Positions 52,766 through 63,245 of a stretch of 64,000 nucleotides of DNA are shown piece after piece. The notes below the pieces were generated by a model, which saw only the letters and a program-made list of their open reading frames with translations, ran no database searches and was not told where the DNA came from. Origin of the DNA: Alkalispirochaeta sp. (GTDB lineage: Bacteria; Spirochaetota; Spirochaetia; DSM-27196; Alkalispirochaetaceae); assembly GCA_965242725.1 (NCBI GenBank), contig CBDESZ010000016.1, forward strand, positions 160,001 to 224,000. Reading direction: 5' to 3'. Within the stretch, counting starts at the first letter, position 1; each line of letters begins with the position of its first letter. A program made the position numbers and the translations under genes.

Positions 52766-52768
52766 TCG

Positions 52769-54053
52769 ATGAGTCAAAGGGGGCACCGTCAACCACACGG
52801 ACACGTGGTCGTCGTCGGCGGTGGCGGCACCGGCGCGGCGATCATTCACGATCTCGTGTCCCGTGGTTTTACGGTGACCCTCATCGAGCGGGGTGAGTTG
52901 ACCTCCGGCACCACCGGGCGCCACCACGGTCAGCTCCATTCCGGGGCGCGCTACGCCGTCGGCGACCGTGAAATCGCCCGTGAATGCATGGAGGAGGTCC
53001 GCATACTCCGGCGCATCGCCCCCCAGGCTCTGGAAATGAACTACGGCCTCTTTGTCGCCCTCAACGAAGAGGACGACGCCTTTGCCGAGGAGTTTATTGA
53101 CTCCTGCAACGCCGCGACCATCCCTGCAAAAGAGATACCATTGGATTCGGCCTTTGCCATGGAGCCCAATCTGAACCGTTCCATTCGCCGGGCGGTACAG
53201 GTACCGGACGGAACGATAGATGCATGGCGTCTGCCCCTCCACTTCTTTGCCACCGCCCGGGCCGCCGGGGCCGATATCCGCACCTTTACCGAGCTGATCG
53301 CCGTGGAGCGGACCAACGGACGCGTCAATGGCGTACGGGTCCGGCGCCTCACCGACGGGCGGGGAATACTCTCTTCCTGCGGATGCGGTCGTCAGCGCCA
53401 CCGGCGCGTGGGCGGGAAGGGTGGCGCGATCGGCGGGAATAGAGCTCCCGGTGACGCCCGCTCCGGGGACGATGGTGGCGGTGAAACAGCGGCTGAACAA
53501 CATGGTGGTCAGCCAGCTCCACCCTCCCGGAGACGGGGACATCATCGTTCCCCAGCGGGGATTGTCAATCATCGGATCCACCCAATGGCAGACCGATGAT
53601 CCTGACGACGTGCAGGTTCCCCCCGAGGATATTTCCTACCTTCTGGGACGAGCGGCTGAAATGATTCCCGCCTTTTCGGAAACACCCTTTCACGCCGCCT
53701 GGACGGCGAGCCGCCCCCTGGCCGGAGCGGCACGGGATGTCGACGACGGACGGAAGCTGAGCCGCGACTTTCTCGCCATCGATCACGGTCGCTCCGACGG
53801 CTTGAGCGGTTTCATTTCCGTCATTGGAGGAAAGGCGACGGTCCTGCGGGCGATGGCGGAAAAAACCGTTGATATGGTGTGCGACCTTTTTGGCGTTGAA
53901 GAGCGGTGCCGGACGGCGGAGCTGCCCCTGTTGCCGCACCGGGCGATGTATACCGCCGCTGCGGGTGAGCGTGCCCGCCCGTCGGCGGCGACGGGCGACG
54001 GAACTCCCGGCGAGGCGGGTGATGCTTCGGTATGGAAGGGGGATGTCCGGTGA
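52769..54053 (+). CDS. GlpA-like FAD-dependent oxidoreductase (one apparent +1 frameshift at ~53362)
   Basis: VVGGGGTG, GTTGRHHGQLHSGARYAV, VVSATGAW, SRDF, GGKATVLRAMAE. Confidence 0.85.
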
Positions 54054-54847
54054 CGACCGTCAGGTTTCGAATAGAAAGAAAACAACGAAAAAACCGCTGG
54101 CAGGAGTACGACGTACCCGTTGAGGACCATTTCACCGTTGTGGACGCCCTGGAGTGGATTCGTCGGTGCGACGAGACGCTCATGTATCGCCATTCATGCC
54201 ATCATGGAAGCTGCGGAACCTGCGGGATGATCGTCAACGGTAAGCGCAAACTGGCGTGCACCACCAATGTGCTGGCACTGGTGTCGGACGATGACGCGGC
54301 AGGTAGCGAGACGGCGGACGATGCGGACGCGGGGGAGGCCGCGGCTGCAGCACCCGTTGTCGAACTGCGTCCCCTGGATACGATGGACCATATCGGCGAT
54401 CTGGCGGTTGATCCGACGCGCCTCTTTCACGATTTTCCCGGGGACGCCGGTTACCTCAGGCCGAGCGAGTTCAACAGGGAGAGTACGCCCCCGGAAGAGA
54501 TCGCCCGATTTGTACGCTTTGAGAACTGTATCGAATGCGGGCTGTGTGTTTCGGCATGTCCGGTGATCGCCGTGCGCAAATTCACCGGTCCGGCGGCGCT
54601 CTCGGCGTACAACAGGGAGCTGGACAAGAATCCCGGTCGGTCCGATGAGTTGTTACCGCAAATCGACTCCCCCGAGGGGGTGTGGGGATGTGACCGCCAC
54701 CTGGCGTGCAGCGCCGTCTGCCCCACCGGCGTCTATCCGGCGAAACAGATCGCCATGCTGCAGCGGAAGATCAGGAAGTGGCGCGAGCAGAGCAGCGGTG
54801 GAGCCGGCGACGAAGGCGACGAGAACGGCGACAGTGGCGGGCGCTGA
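54050..54847 (+). CDS. succinate dehydrogenase/fumarate reductase-type iron-sulfur subunit
   Basis: SCHHGSCGTC..LAC (2Fe-2S), CIECGLCVSACP (4Fe-4S), CDRHLACSAVCP (3Fe-4S). Confidence 0.88.
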   Translation: MTTVRFRIERKQRKNRWQEYDVPVEDHFTVVDALEWIRRCDETLMYRHSCHHGSCGTCGMIVNGKRKLACTTNVLALVSDDDAAGSETADDADAGEAAAAAPVVELRPLDTMDHIGDLAVDPTRLFHDFPGDAGYLRPSEFNRESTPPEEIARFVRFENCIECGLCVSACPVIAVRKFTGPAALSAYNRELDKNPGRSDELLPQIDSPEGVWGCDRHLACSAVCPTGVYPAKQIAMLQRKIRKWREQSSGGAGDEGDENGDSGGR

Positions 54848-54971
54848 ACAACGCATCCGGATCCGGTAGGGGTCGGACGCAACGATCGGGATGTAATGTT
54901 CAGGATTGCGCGGAGCGGGCGGACCGCTTTGGCCCGCATTGCCGTCCGCTCACCGGCGGTCCACAGGTTAT

Positions 54972-56399
54972 CTACAGCTTATCCACCAGCATTGAACATT
55001 TGCCCGACGGTATGGGCAATGTTTTTTCCTTCTTTTCACTCAGGAGATCGAGGGTAAAGTAGTACAGCTTTTCCGATTCATGCCGGATTTCCCAGCCGCG
55101 GCCGCTCTTCTGACTGAGGATGGTGATGGTGTTGCGTCGGAGGTTGAGGTTTTCAATCCCCATGATTTCCAGGGTGGGGACGATCCACCGCACCGTCTTG
55201 CGAGGCAGGCTCACTTCCAGGCCGACGACATTTTCGATCATGAGCGCGATCGTCGACAGTCCCACCGAGGGTATGTGCATTGCCCGGGGAAAGTCGGGGT
55301 TTTCCGCCCATTCCGCCTCACCGTCCCGGAGGGGTTTGTACGCTTCCCAGACGTTGCCGCGCTTGTTTCCTTCAGGGTGGAGCGTGTCCAGCATGTAGTA
55401 CAGATGGCGTATCGCAAATTCCCGGGCCAGCTCGTAGTGGTGCTGCTTTTCCAGCCCCTTTATGATCATGAATGTATAGGGAGGAAAGACCGATCCCCGC
55501 CAGCCGTCGCCGGCTTCCGAGAAACTCGGCTCATCCACGGCAACGGAGGGAAAGGGGTTTTCCGTCCCGAAACTCTGGGGGTCCTTGAGGTGCTCCACCA
55601 GCCGGCTTGATCGCGCTTCATTGGGAATGTCCGTTATCAGCGGCCAGAACCCGGCCACCGTCTTGACGGCGACCTGATCCTTGTCCTTGGTCAGGTCATA
55701 GTAAAAGCCGCTTTCATCGTTCCACATGAGCTGGTTAATCCGCGTCTTCAGGGAGAAGTACTGGCGGCGGTATCGAAACTCGATGTCCTTGTCGTTGAGG
55801 ACGTGACCGAGTTGGGCCATGCAGGAGACGTTGAGGGCCGCCTGGGTGTTGAAATCCACGGGATAGTACATGCCGTCCCGGGGAGAGTTGCTCATGCCCG
55901 TTGCGGCAAGGGGAACGTGAAAGAGTCCCGAATCATCCATGAAGTTGTCGGTGAGCCATTGGAAGTGCTTTTCCAGGATCGGCATGATCTCCTTGATGCG
56001 CTTCTTGTTGCCCACCTTGTGATACAGGTTGTACTCCGCCCACGCAAAGAGCGGCGGAGACAATCCATCCGGATTATCGTCGGAAATGATCGGTTTCCCC
56101 GTTTCAAGGGAATACTCCGAACGGACGGCGCCGTCTTCTTCCTGTTTGGCGTAAAAATTGTCCAGCAGCGGTGCGGCGGGATAGTTTCTGTTGCTGTATA
56201 CCAGGAAAAATGTAGCATTTATCGCGTCGAGCTGATTGATTCGATCGGCGTCGGGGGCGACAAAGACCCGCGGATCAAATCCGCTCTTGTCCTGGCTTTT
56301 TTGCCAGTAGTCTTTTATCCACGCCCACGTCTGCTCGTATATGTCTACAAAATCCTGATCGTAGAAGTGTATCGTTGGAAACTCTTTTTTTATTACCAC
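54972..56399 (-). CDS. (alpha/alpha)6 glycoside hydrolase, GH63/trehalase-like
   Basis: PPLFAWAE, GMSNSPR, MWNDESGFYYD, WRGSVFPP, VWEAY. Confidence 0.75.
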   Translation of the reverse strand: MVIKKEFPTIHFYDQDFVDIYEQTWAWIKDYWQKSQDKSGFDPRVFVAPDADRINQLDAINATFFLVYSNRNYPAAPLLDNFYAKQEEDGAVRSEYSLETGKPIISDDNPDGLSPPLFAWAEYNLYHKVGNKKRIKEIMPILEKHFQWLTDNFMDDSGLFHVPLAATGMSNSPRDGMYYPVDFNTQAALNVSCMAQLGHVLNDKDIEFRYRRQYFSLKTRINQLMWNDESGFYYDLTKDKDQVAVKTVAGFWPLITDIPNEARSSRLVEHLKDPQSFGTENPFPSVAVDEPSFSEAGDGWRGSVFPPYTFMIIKGLEKQHHYELAREFAIRHLYYMLDTLHPEGNKRGNVWEAYKPLRDGEAEWAENPDFPRAMHIPSVGLSTIALMIENVVGLEVSLPRKTVRWIVPTLEIMGIENLNLRRNTITILSQKSGRGWEIRHESEKLYYFTLDLLSEKKEKTLPIPSGKCSMLVDKL

Positions 56400-56480
56400 G
56401 CGTCTTTATCCTATACTTGGGGGTGCAGTCCTACAAAATAGCGCGTCCAACCCCGTTCGTCAAATACGCCAAGTCCTTGC

Positions 56481-56509
56481 TTGACATGCTTATACCGCAC
56501 TGTCATAGT
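56481..56509 (+). promoter_or_regulatory. sigma70 promoter of gatCAB-aspS
   Basis: TTGACA-17 nt-CATAGT with extended TG; ATG 7 nt downstream. Confidence 0.6.
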
Positions 56510-56516
56510 TCCTCCC

Positions 56517-56795
56517 ATGGACCCTTCTGAACTCAGAACCACCGTTGATATGGCGATGCTTGAGATAGACGAGCAACATATCGAGGCGCTGGAAGGTGCC
56601 CTTCGACAGATGTTGGACTATTTTACCACTATGTCGACCGTTGATGTGGAAAATGTCGAACCAACCACGCACGCGCTCCTGACGGAAAACCGTACCCGGC
56701 GTGACTACCCCGATCGGATGGTTGATCCCGATACCCTCCTTGAGAATGCCGCCGATCTGGAAGACCGGTTTCTGGCGGTCCCCAACGTATTATAA
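56517..56795 (+). CDS. gatC: Asp/Glu-tRNA amidotransferase subunit C
   Basis: VDVENVEPTTH, LLENA, FLAVPNVL. Confidence 0.9.
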   Translation: MDPSELRTTVDMAMLEIDEQHIEALEGALRQMLDYFTTMSTVDVENVEPTTHALLTENRTRRDYPDRMVDPDTLLENAADLEDRFLAVPNVL

Positions 56796-56799
56796 AGCG

Positions 56800-58275
56800 A
56801 TGTGGAAGACAATAGTTAAAACGAAACGGGAGCAGTATGTTCGCTTTCTGCAGGAGCAGGATAGTGAAACGGGCTCCTTTCTTGAAATCGGAGAGCCCCG
56901 GCGGTGGAACGTGTCTCTTTCCGCCGCGGAACAATCAGCCGACGATCGTGACCTGACGGAGGTCGTCGCGGAGGCGGGAGAATCCCTTCACCTTCCCGTG
57001 GCGGTGAAGGACAATATCGCCGTGACGGGATACCACCTGACCTGCGGCAGCCGGATGCTTGAAGAGGTGGTGAGTCCCTATACGGCGACGTCGATACGCC
57101 GCCTTGTTGCGGCGGGTGCCGCCGTGGTGGGCAAGACCAATCTTGACGAGTTCGGGATGGGCAGTTCCACCGATAACTCGGCGCTGAAAAAGACAAACAA
57201 TCCCTGGGATTATAACCGCGTTGCAGGCGGCTCCAGCGGCGGCTCCGCGGCGGCGGTTGCACAGCAGCTGGTTCCTCTGGCAGTGGGAAGCGATACCGGC
57301 GGTTCAGTGCGACAGCCCGCCGCGTTTTGCGGTGTCTACGGTCTGAAACCGACCTACGGTACGATTTCCCGCTACGGCCTGGTTGCCTATGCGTCGTCAT
57401 TGGAGGGTATCGGCCTTCTCGGTGCCGACGTATCCCTTCTCGCGCAGGCGTACCGCGTCATGGCCGCCCGGGACGATCGGGATCAGACGTCGGTGTCGCG
57501 GCCGGACGGGAGTGCCGAGGGGTCTGGAACGGCGGCGGACGCGGATACAGCGGGTGGTGCGGCCCGGGGCGGGGCCCTCAGGATCGGCGTCCTCGCCGGA
57601 GATCTGGGTCTCGATGAACCGGTGGCACGCAACTATCGCGCCACCGTGGAAGCGCTCAATGATCTGGGCCACGAGACGGCACCGGTCTCGCTCTCCACTC
57701 TGGAGTACGTCGTACCGGCGTACTACACGATCGCCGCCGCCGAGGCGGCGGCCAATCTCGCGCGATACAACGGCGTGCGCTACGGGTATCGGCCCGCCTT
57801 TTCGGAAAATCCGGAAGAGCTCATGCGCGCCGCCCGTACGGAAGCGCTGGGGGACGAGGTAAAGCTCCGTATCGTCCTGGGAACCTACGTCCTGAGAAGC
57901 GGTTTTCAGGATCAGTATTACACCCGGGCGCAGAAAATTCGCACCCTCATACGCCGTGAACTGAACGAGAAGTTCCGGGAATTTGACCTCATGGTACTGC
58001 CCACATTTCCGACCCAGGCCTTTGCTCACGGCGACAAGGGTATGGACGCCTTTCAGCAGAAGGTTGCAGACCGGTTTACCGGTACGGCCAACCTCGCGGC
58101 GATCCCGGCGCTTACCGTGCCGACGGGGCTTGAAAAGGGTCTGCCCGTGGGCATGCAGCTCATGGGACCCGCCTTCAGCGAAGAGCGTCTCTTTGCGGTA
58201 GCCGGTGCGCTGGCGAAGCGAATGCCCGTGGAATTCCCGGCAAACTCGAAGTCCTTCCAATCCTGGGAGGGCTGA
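56800..58275 (+). CDS. gatA: Asp/Glu-tRNA amidotransferase subunit A
   Basis: AVKDNI, GKTNLDEFGMGS, GGSSGGS, GSDTGGSVRQPA. Confidence 0.96.
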   Translation: MWKTIVKTKREQYVRFLQEQDSETGSFLEIGEPRRWNVSLSAAEQSADDRDLTEVVAEAGESLHLPVAVKDNIAVTGYHLTCGSRMLEEVVSPYTATSIRRLVAAGAAVVGKTNLDEFGMGSSTDNSALKKTNNPWDYNRVAGGSSGGSAAAVAQQLVPLAVGSDTGGSVRQPAAFCGVYGLKPTYGTISRYGLVAYASSLEGIGLLGADVSLLAQAYRVMAARDDRDQTSVSRPDGSAEGSGTAADADTAGGAARGGALRIGVLAGDLGLDEPVARNYRATVEALNDLGHETAPVSLSTLEYVVPAYYTIAAAEAAANLARYNGVRYGYRPAFSENPEELMRAARTEALGDEVKLRIVLGTYVLRSGFQDQYYTRAQKIRTLIRRELNEKFREFDLMVLPTFPTQAFAHGDKGMDAFQQKVADRFTGTANLAAIPALTVPTGLEKGLPVGMQLMGPAFSEERLFAVAGALAKRMPVEFPANSKSFQSWEG

Positions 58276-58391
58276 CTGTCGCCCCGGGGAACATCGCTCC
58301 GATTCGGTCGTTCCCGGGAGATGAAATACCAACAGAAAGAGGGACGTGGAGCCGTCTTGCGTCCCGATGAACGGAGAAGGGGAAAAGCAGC

Positions 58392-60830
58392 GTGTACCAG
58401 TCTTTTATCGGACTAGAAATCCATACCCAGTTGTTGACGGAGACAAAGGTCTTTTGTGATTGTCGCGCCAATTTCGGCGATGAACCGAACACCAATGTCT
58501 GCCCTGTATGCATGGGCTATCCAGGTGTATTGCCTGCCCTCAATGAAGAGGCGATTCGTATGGCCTATACCGTCGCCCGGGCGCTCAATTGTGATCTCAA
58601 TCCGCGCTGCCTCTTCGACCGGAAGAATTACTTCTATCCCGATCTGCCCAAGAACTACCAGATTACCCAGTTTTATGAGCCCCTCGGCCGCAACGGATAC
58701 ATCGATATCGAGTTTCACAAGAAAAAGAAGCGTGTCCGTATTCATGAGATCCACCTGGAGGAAGACGCCGGAAAGATGATCCACGCCGGGGACATGTCCC
58801 TTCTCGACTACAATCGCGCGGGAACGCCACTTCTTGAAATCGTAACGGAACCGGATCTCGAAATCGGCGACGAGGCGGAAGTCCTTCTGCAGGAGTTGCG
58901 TCGCATGGTCCGCTACCTGGGCGTCTGCGACGGTAACATGGAGGAAGGGTCCCTCCGCTGCGACGCAAACGTCTCGGTGAACCGTGCCGGCGAGGGTCTG
59001 GGAAACAAGGTCGAAATCAAAAACCTCAACAGCTCCCGCTTTGTCCGCAAGGCGCTCAACTTCGAGATTGAACGACAGGAGGAAATCCTGGAGCGGGGCG
59101 GCACGGTGACGCAGGAAACTCGATTGTGGAACGAGAACCGGGACCTCACGGAGAGCATGCGCTCAAAGGAGAGCGCCCACGATTACCGTTACTTTCCCGA
59201 GCCGGACCTCCCGCCCTTTACCGCGGACGACGCCTTCCTCGCAAAGGTTGAAGCCTCCCTTGTCGAACTCCCTGCGCCGCGGCGCGTTCGTTTTCGAAAA
59301 GACTACGGCCTCAGCACCTCCCAGGCGGAGTTTATATGCGACGAGAAAAGCACCGCCGACTTCTTTGAGGCCGCCGTGGAAGAGGGCGCCGATGGTGAAC
59401 AGCTTGCGATCTGGCTCGCCGGGGATGTGCGAAAACAGCTGAACCGCAGCGGCGTTACGCTGCAGGAGAGCCCCCTCACCCCCTCACGCATGGCCTCTCT
59501 TCTCAAGATGCTCGACGGCGGCGTGATCCACGGAAAGATCGCCAAACAGGTCCTTTCCATGATCTTTGTGGAGGACAAGGACCCCGACCGTATTATTTCG
59601 GAGCAGGGATGGGAGCAGATCACCGATCCCGCCGAGCTCACGGAGGTGTTGCGGGACGTATTGGCCGCCCACCCCCAGGCGGAGAATCAGATCCGTGAGG
59701 GAGACCGCAAACCCTGGGGTTTTCTGGTGGGACAGATCATGCAGGCCACCAGCGGCCGCGCGGAACCGTCCCTGGTCCAGAAGATTCTCCAGGATCACTT
59801 TACCGTCAGTACCATCGACGTTTTTTCCTTCGGCGGCGCCATCGCCGGTCACCGGGAGGAAAACGGCCTTGTCGTTCCGGGAGACCTGAAGAACGTCAGG
59901 GAACTGCTGCAGCAGGATCCGGCGCTGCCGGGAGGGCTCAGTTTTGAGGAAATCCAGCTCGGACGCTTTCTCAGTGAGGAGATCACCCCCGCCGACTGGG
60001 CCGCCCTTGTCGCCCGGACCGCCCAACGGCTCGAGACGGGGGAGAGCCGGGGCATCGTCATCGGCCACGGGACCGATACCCTCACATATACGGCCAGCCT
60101 CCTGTACTGGTTTTTTGCGGACGCGAGGATTCCCATCGTTCTGACCGCCAGCGCCGTTCCCACCGGGGACGGGAGCCGCGGCGAGGGCGTTGAAAACCTC
60201 CGGCGCGCCGTGGCGACCGCCGCGGGAACGGATCGGGGTATACATGTAGTCTACGGCAGCGACGACTACCTGCCGCTGAATCTGAAATTCGAGCGCGCCG
60301 GGAGCAGCGACGTCTACGTCGGCGCCTTCCGGAACTGGAACACTCAGCGTCTTACGAGAAGCGGTCACGCCCTTGCCTCCTCCGCCCGCTCCCTGAATAA
60401 GGAGAAGCTCGTCGAACTCTTGGAGACGGCGATAGGCCGTACCTTCATCGCCAAGGTCTATCCGGGAATGCGGGGAGAGACGCTGATCGCCCTTATGGAC
60501 GCGGGAATTCGCTACTTTGTTCTGGAAATATACGATACGGGAACGGCCAATTTGAGGGAGACGCCCTTCTCCCTGAAAAAGGCACTGACGGAAGGACGGG
60601 AACGGGGCGTTTCCTTCTTTTGCACCTCCCAGCAGGAGGGGGTTGTCGACTTTTCCGAGTATGTGACGGCCCATCAGCTCTGGCGGGAAGGAGCCATTCC
60701 GATGGGAGCCCTGACCACCGAGACGGCATGGACACGCCTCGTCGCCGCCCAGGTTGAGGCGATGGCGGGGGAGTATGAAGGGCAGACAATTGAAGAGACG
60801 GTACTGCAGTTAATGGAGGACGGACAATGA
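58392..60830 (+). CDS. gatB: amidotransferase subunit B fused to C-terminal asparaginase-like domain
   Basis: IGLEIH, RKNYFYPD, HLEEDAGK, YRYFPEPD, YqeY tail, then ~340 aa with FGGAI, GHGTDTL, KVYPG, GAIPMGALTTE. Confidence 0.92.
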   Translation: MYQSFIGLEIHTQLLTETKVFCDCRANFGDEPNTNVCPVCMGYPGVLPALNEEAIRMAYTVARALNCDLNPRCLFDRKNYFYPDLPKNYQITQFYEPLGRNGYIDIEFHKKKKRVRIHEIHLEEDAGKMIHAGDMSLLDYNRAGTPLLEIVTEPDLEIGDEAEVLLQELRRMVRYLGVCDGNMEEGSLRCDANVSVNRAGEGLGNKVEIKNLNSSRFVRKALNFEIERQEEILERGGTVTQETRLWNENRDLTESMRSKESAHDYRYFPEPDLPPFTADDAFLAKVEASLVELPAPRRVRFRKDYGLSTSQAEFICDEKSTADFFEAAVEEGADGEQLAIWLAGDVRKQLNRSGVTLQESPLTPSRMASLLKMLDGGVIHGKIAKQVLSMIFVEDKDPDRIISEQGWEQITDPAELTEVLRDVLAAHPQAENQIREGDRKPWGFLVGQIMQATSGRAEPSLVQKILQDHFTVSTIDVFSFGGAIAGHREENGLVVPGDLKNVRELLQQDPALPGGLSFEEIQLGRFLSEEITPADWAALVARTAQRLETGESRGIVIGHGTDTLTYTASLLYWFFADARIPIVLTASAVPTGDGSRGEGVENLRRAVATAAGTDRGIHVVYGSDDYLPLNLKFERAGSSDVYVGAFRNWNTQRLTRSGHALASSARSLNKEKLVELLETAIGRTFIAKVYPGMRGETLIALMDAGIRYFVLEIYDTGTANLRETPFSLKKALTEGRERGVSFFCTSQQEGVVDFSEYVTAHQLWREGAIPMGALTTETAWTRLVAAQVEAMAGEYEGQTIEETVLQLMEDGQ

Positions 60831-62098
60831 GAGTGTTGGCGCGGGACGTGGCGGCCCGGGAGGGAACGGAAGTAACGGTATCGGGATGGGTTCACCGCAT
60901 TCGCAATCTCGGAGGTATCAGTTTTGTGATGCTTCGCGACCGGAGCGGTCTCGTCCAGGTCGTCTACGAGAGCGAGCCGGAATTTGGCCACGAGACGGTT
61001 ATCTCCGTCACGGGGAGCGTTGCGGCCAATGAAAAGGCGGAGGGCGGCTTTGAGATTCACGCCTCCTCGACGGAGATTCTCGGTTCCGTTGAGGCTGACC
61101 TTCCCGTGGCGGTGAATCAGGACCTGGGAAAGCTCGGCATCGATGCGCTGCTGGACAACAGACTGGTGACCCTGCGGAACCCTCGGGTTCGACATATATT
61201 TGAACTGCAGGCGGGAATTCTGAAGTACTTCGCCGAATGGCTGCGGGGCGAAGGCTTTACGGAAATAAAGTCGTCCAAAATCATCGGATCCGGTACGGAG
61301 GGGGGGACGGGCCTCTTTTCCGTGGACTACTTCGGCGAGACCGTCTTTCTTGCGCAGAGCCCCCAGTTTTACAAGCAGGCGATGGTGGCCTCCGGCCTGG
61401 AGCGCGTCTTTGAGATCGGCGCCGCTTATCGGGCGGAGAAGCACGACACGCCGCGGCACCTCAATGAGTACGTCTCCCTCGATGTGGAAATGGGCTTTAT
61501 CGAGAGCGAGGCGGACCTGATGGACCTCGAAGTGGGACTGCTGGGCCACATCTTTGAGAGCGTGGCCCGCGATTTCGGATACGTTCTTGAGGAGTACGGC
61601 GTTTCCGTACCGACCGCTGAGGAGATGCGGAAGACGCCCCGTATCAGCCACGACGACGCCAAGAAGATCATCAAGGAGCGGACGGGGAAGAGCGCCTTTG
61701 AGATCAATCCCGAGGGCGAGCGGGAGCTCTGCGACTGGGCCCTTGAGGAGCACGGTGTGGACGCCGTCTTCGTCTTCGCCTTTCCCCGGAAGAAACGGCC
61801 TTTTTACACCTTTCCAGAAGGTCTCAAGACGCGGAGCTTCGATCTTCTCTTTCGGGGGCTTGAAATTACGACGGGAGGGCAGCGTATCCACGACTACCGG
61901 ACCCTGCTTGAGACGCTGCCCAAGTTCGGCCTTACCGAGGAGGGACTTGGTGACTACTGCTCTATTTTCAAGTTCGGGTGTCCCCCCCACGGCGGATTTG
62001 CAATCGGTCTCGAACGAATCACCCAGAAAATTCTCGGCCTGCAGAACGTGAAGGAGGCGTCCCTCTTTCCGCGGGACCGGAAGCGCACGCGGCCATAG
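60827..62098 (+). CDS. aspS: aspartyl-tRNA synthetase, short archaeal-type (likely non-discriminating)
   Basis: 423 aa with no bacterial insertion domain; LAQSPQ, YRAE..RHLNEY, PPHGGFAIGLER; in gat operon. Confidence 0.9.
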   Translation: MRVLARDVAAREGTEVTVSGWVHRIRNLGGISFVMLRDRSGLVQVVYESEPEFGHETVISVTGSVAANEKAEGGFEIHASSTEILGSVEADLPVAVNQDLGKLGIDALLDNRLVTLRNPRVRHIFELQAGILKYFAEWLRGEGFTEIKSSKIIGSGTEGGTGLFSVDYFGETVFLAQSPQFYKQAMVASGLERVFEIGAAYRAEKHDTPRHLNEYVSLDVEMGFIESEADLMDLEVGLLGHIFESVARDFGYVLEEYGVSVPTAEEMRKTPRISHDDAKKIIKERTGKSAFEINPEGERELCDWALEEHGVDAVFVFAFPRKKRPFYTFPEGLKTRSFDLLFRGLEITTGGQRIHDYRTLLETLPKFGLTEEGLGDYCSIFKFGCPPHGGFAIGLERITQKILGLQNVKEASLFPRDRKRTRP

Positions 62099-62099
62099 G

Positions 62100-63241
62100 A
62101 TGAAAAGACCGCGTAGCCTCCGGACGAAGGGGTGCCGCAGTGCCGACCTCCACGCCCGGTCGAGTCGTCCCCGGGGAACGACGGTGTCGCCGCTATGTGT
62201 GTCGACTTGTATGAGCGGCGGTAAGCCGGGTGTGCCGGCACGATGCGGCGAGCGGCGTATCCGCCGACGGTTTCTGCGTCGATGCAGTTCTCCCCTGCTG
62301 CGTTTCCTTCCCGTGCTCTTCGTCCTGGCGGGGTGCGCCACCACACCATTCCCGTCGCGCTCGTCCGACGTCCCGGGAATACCGGGCATGCCGGAAGTAC
62401 CGGACGACTCGGCGATACGGACCGCCCCGGTCGTTCTGAATCCCGTGTACCACTCATACATCGATACGCTCCCGACGCCTGCCGGTGATGTCACGCTGGA
62501 TGTGGTGTTTCTGCGTCCCGAGGCGACGGTTGCATTGGTCACCCCCCAAAGTCCCGCACCGACGGGCGCGGTGATCGTGCTTACAAATCCGTGGCGGCGA
62601 CCGGGTCGACGGCCGGTGGGTATCGTCATTGACGGCGCACGACAACTGAATCCTCCCGAACCACCCTATTGGGCGCTGGTCATGGACGACAGGCTTTCCT
62701 CGGCGCGGGTTGTCCCCCAGGACGGGTTGCGTCCGGCGCAGTCGCGTGGCATCGCGGTAGGGGGTTCTATCCTCTACTGCTGGACGGACGGATTGTTGCG
62801 GCGGATTTTCCCGGTTCCACGATTCGTGCCGCCCGGGTGGTAGTTGCAGGGGGCGCCTCCGCCGGTGAAGCAGGCAGCGCCGCGCCGGGGACGGGTGGTG
62901 CCGTATCGGGAAGAGATGCTATATCAGGAAGAAATCGCGGCCCTGTATCGGAAAGAGATGGCGGCCCCGCGCCGGGGTCTGTACCGGGAAGAAATGGCGC
63001 CGGCTCCGAGTCATCCGGAATCATCGCCGTCGTGACCGCCGAAGGAAGTCGGCCATTTACTCCGGGGCCGACTACGACAGAGATCGCCGAATACCTGCGT
63101 CGCCGCGGTTTTCAGTGGGCTCTCAATCTGGACGGCGGTCGCTCGGCAACGGTACTCCTTTCCGACGATACGGTCATACCCGAAGGTATCATCTTCCGAC
63201 GTCCCGGCCCCGTCGGTATTGCCCTATATGTGATACCATAG
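62100..63241 (+). CDS. phosphodiester glycosidase (NAGPA-like) lipoprotein, apparent -1 frameshift at ~62762; start uncertain
   Basis: LFVLAGC lipobox; adding one G gives AVGGFYPLLLDG; ALNLDGGRS motif. Confidence 0.65.
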
Positions 63242-63245
63242 GGCG

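Noticed and set aside
54958..54987. DnaA-box-like TTATCTACA / TTATCCACC
   Set aside because: Imperfect, overlap the hydrolase's last codons, and lie about 20 kb from oriC; may be chance.
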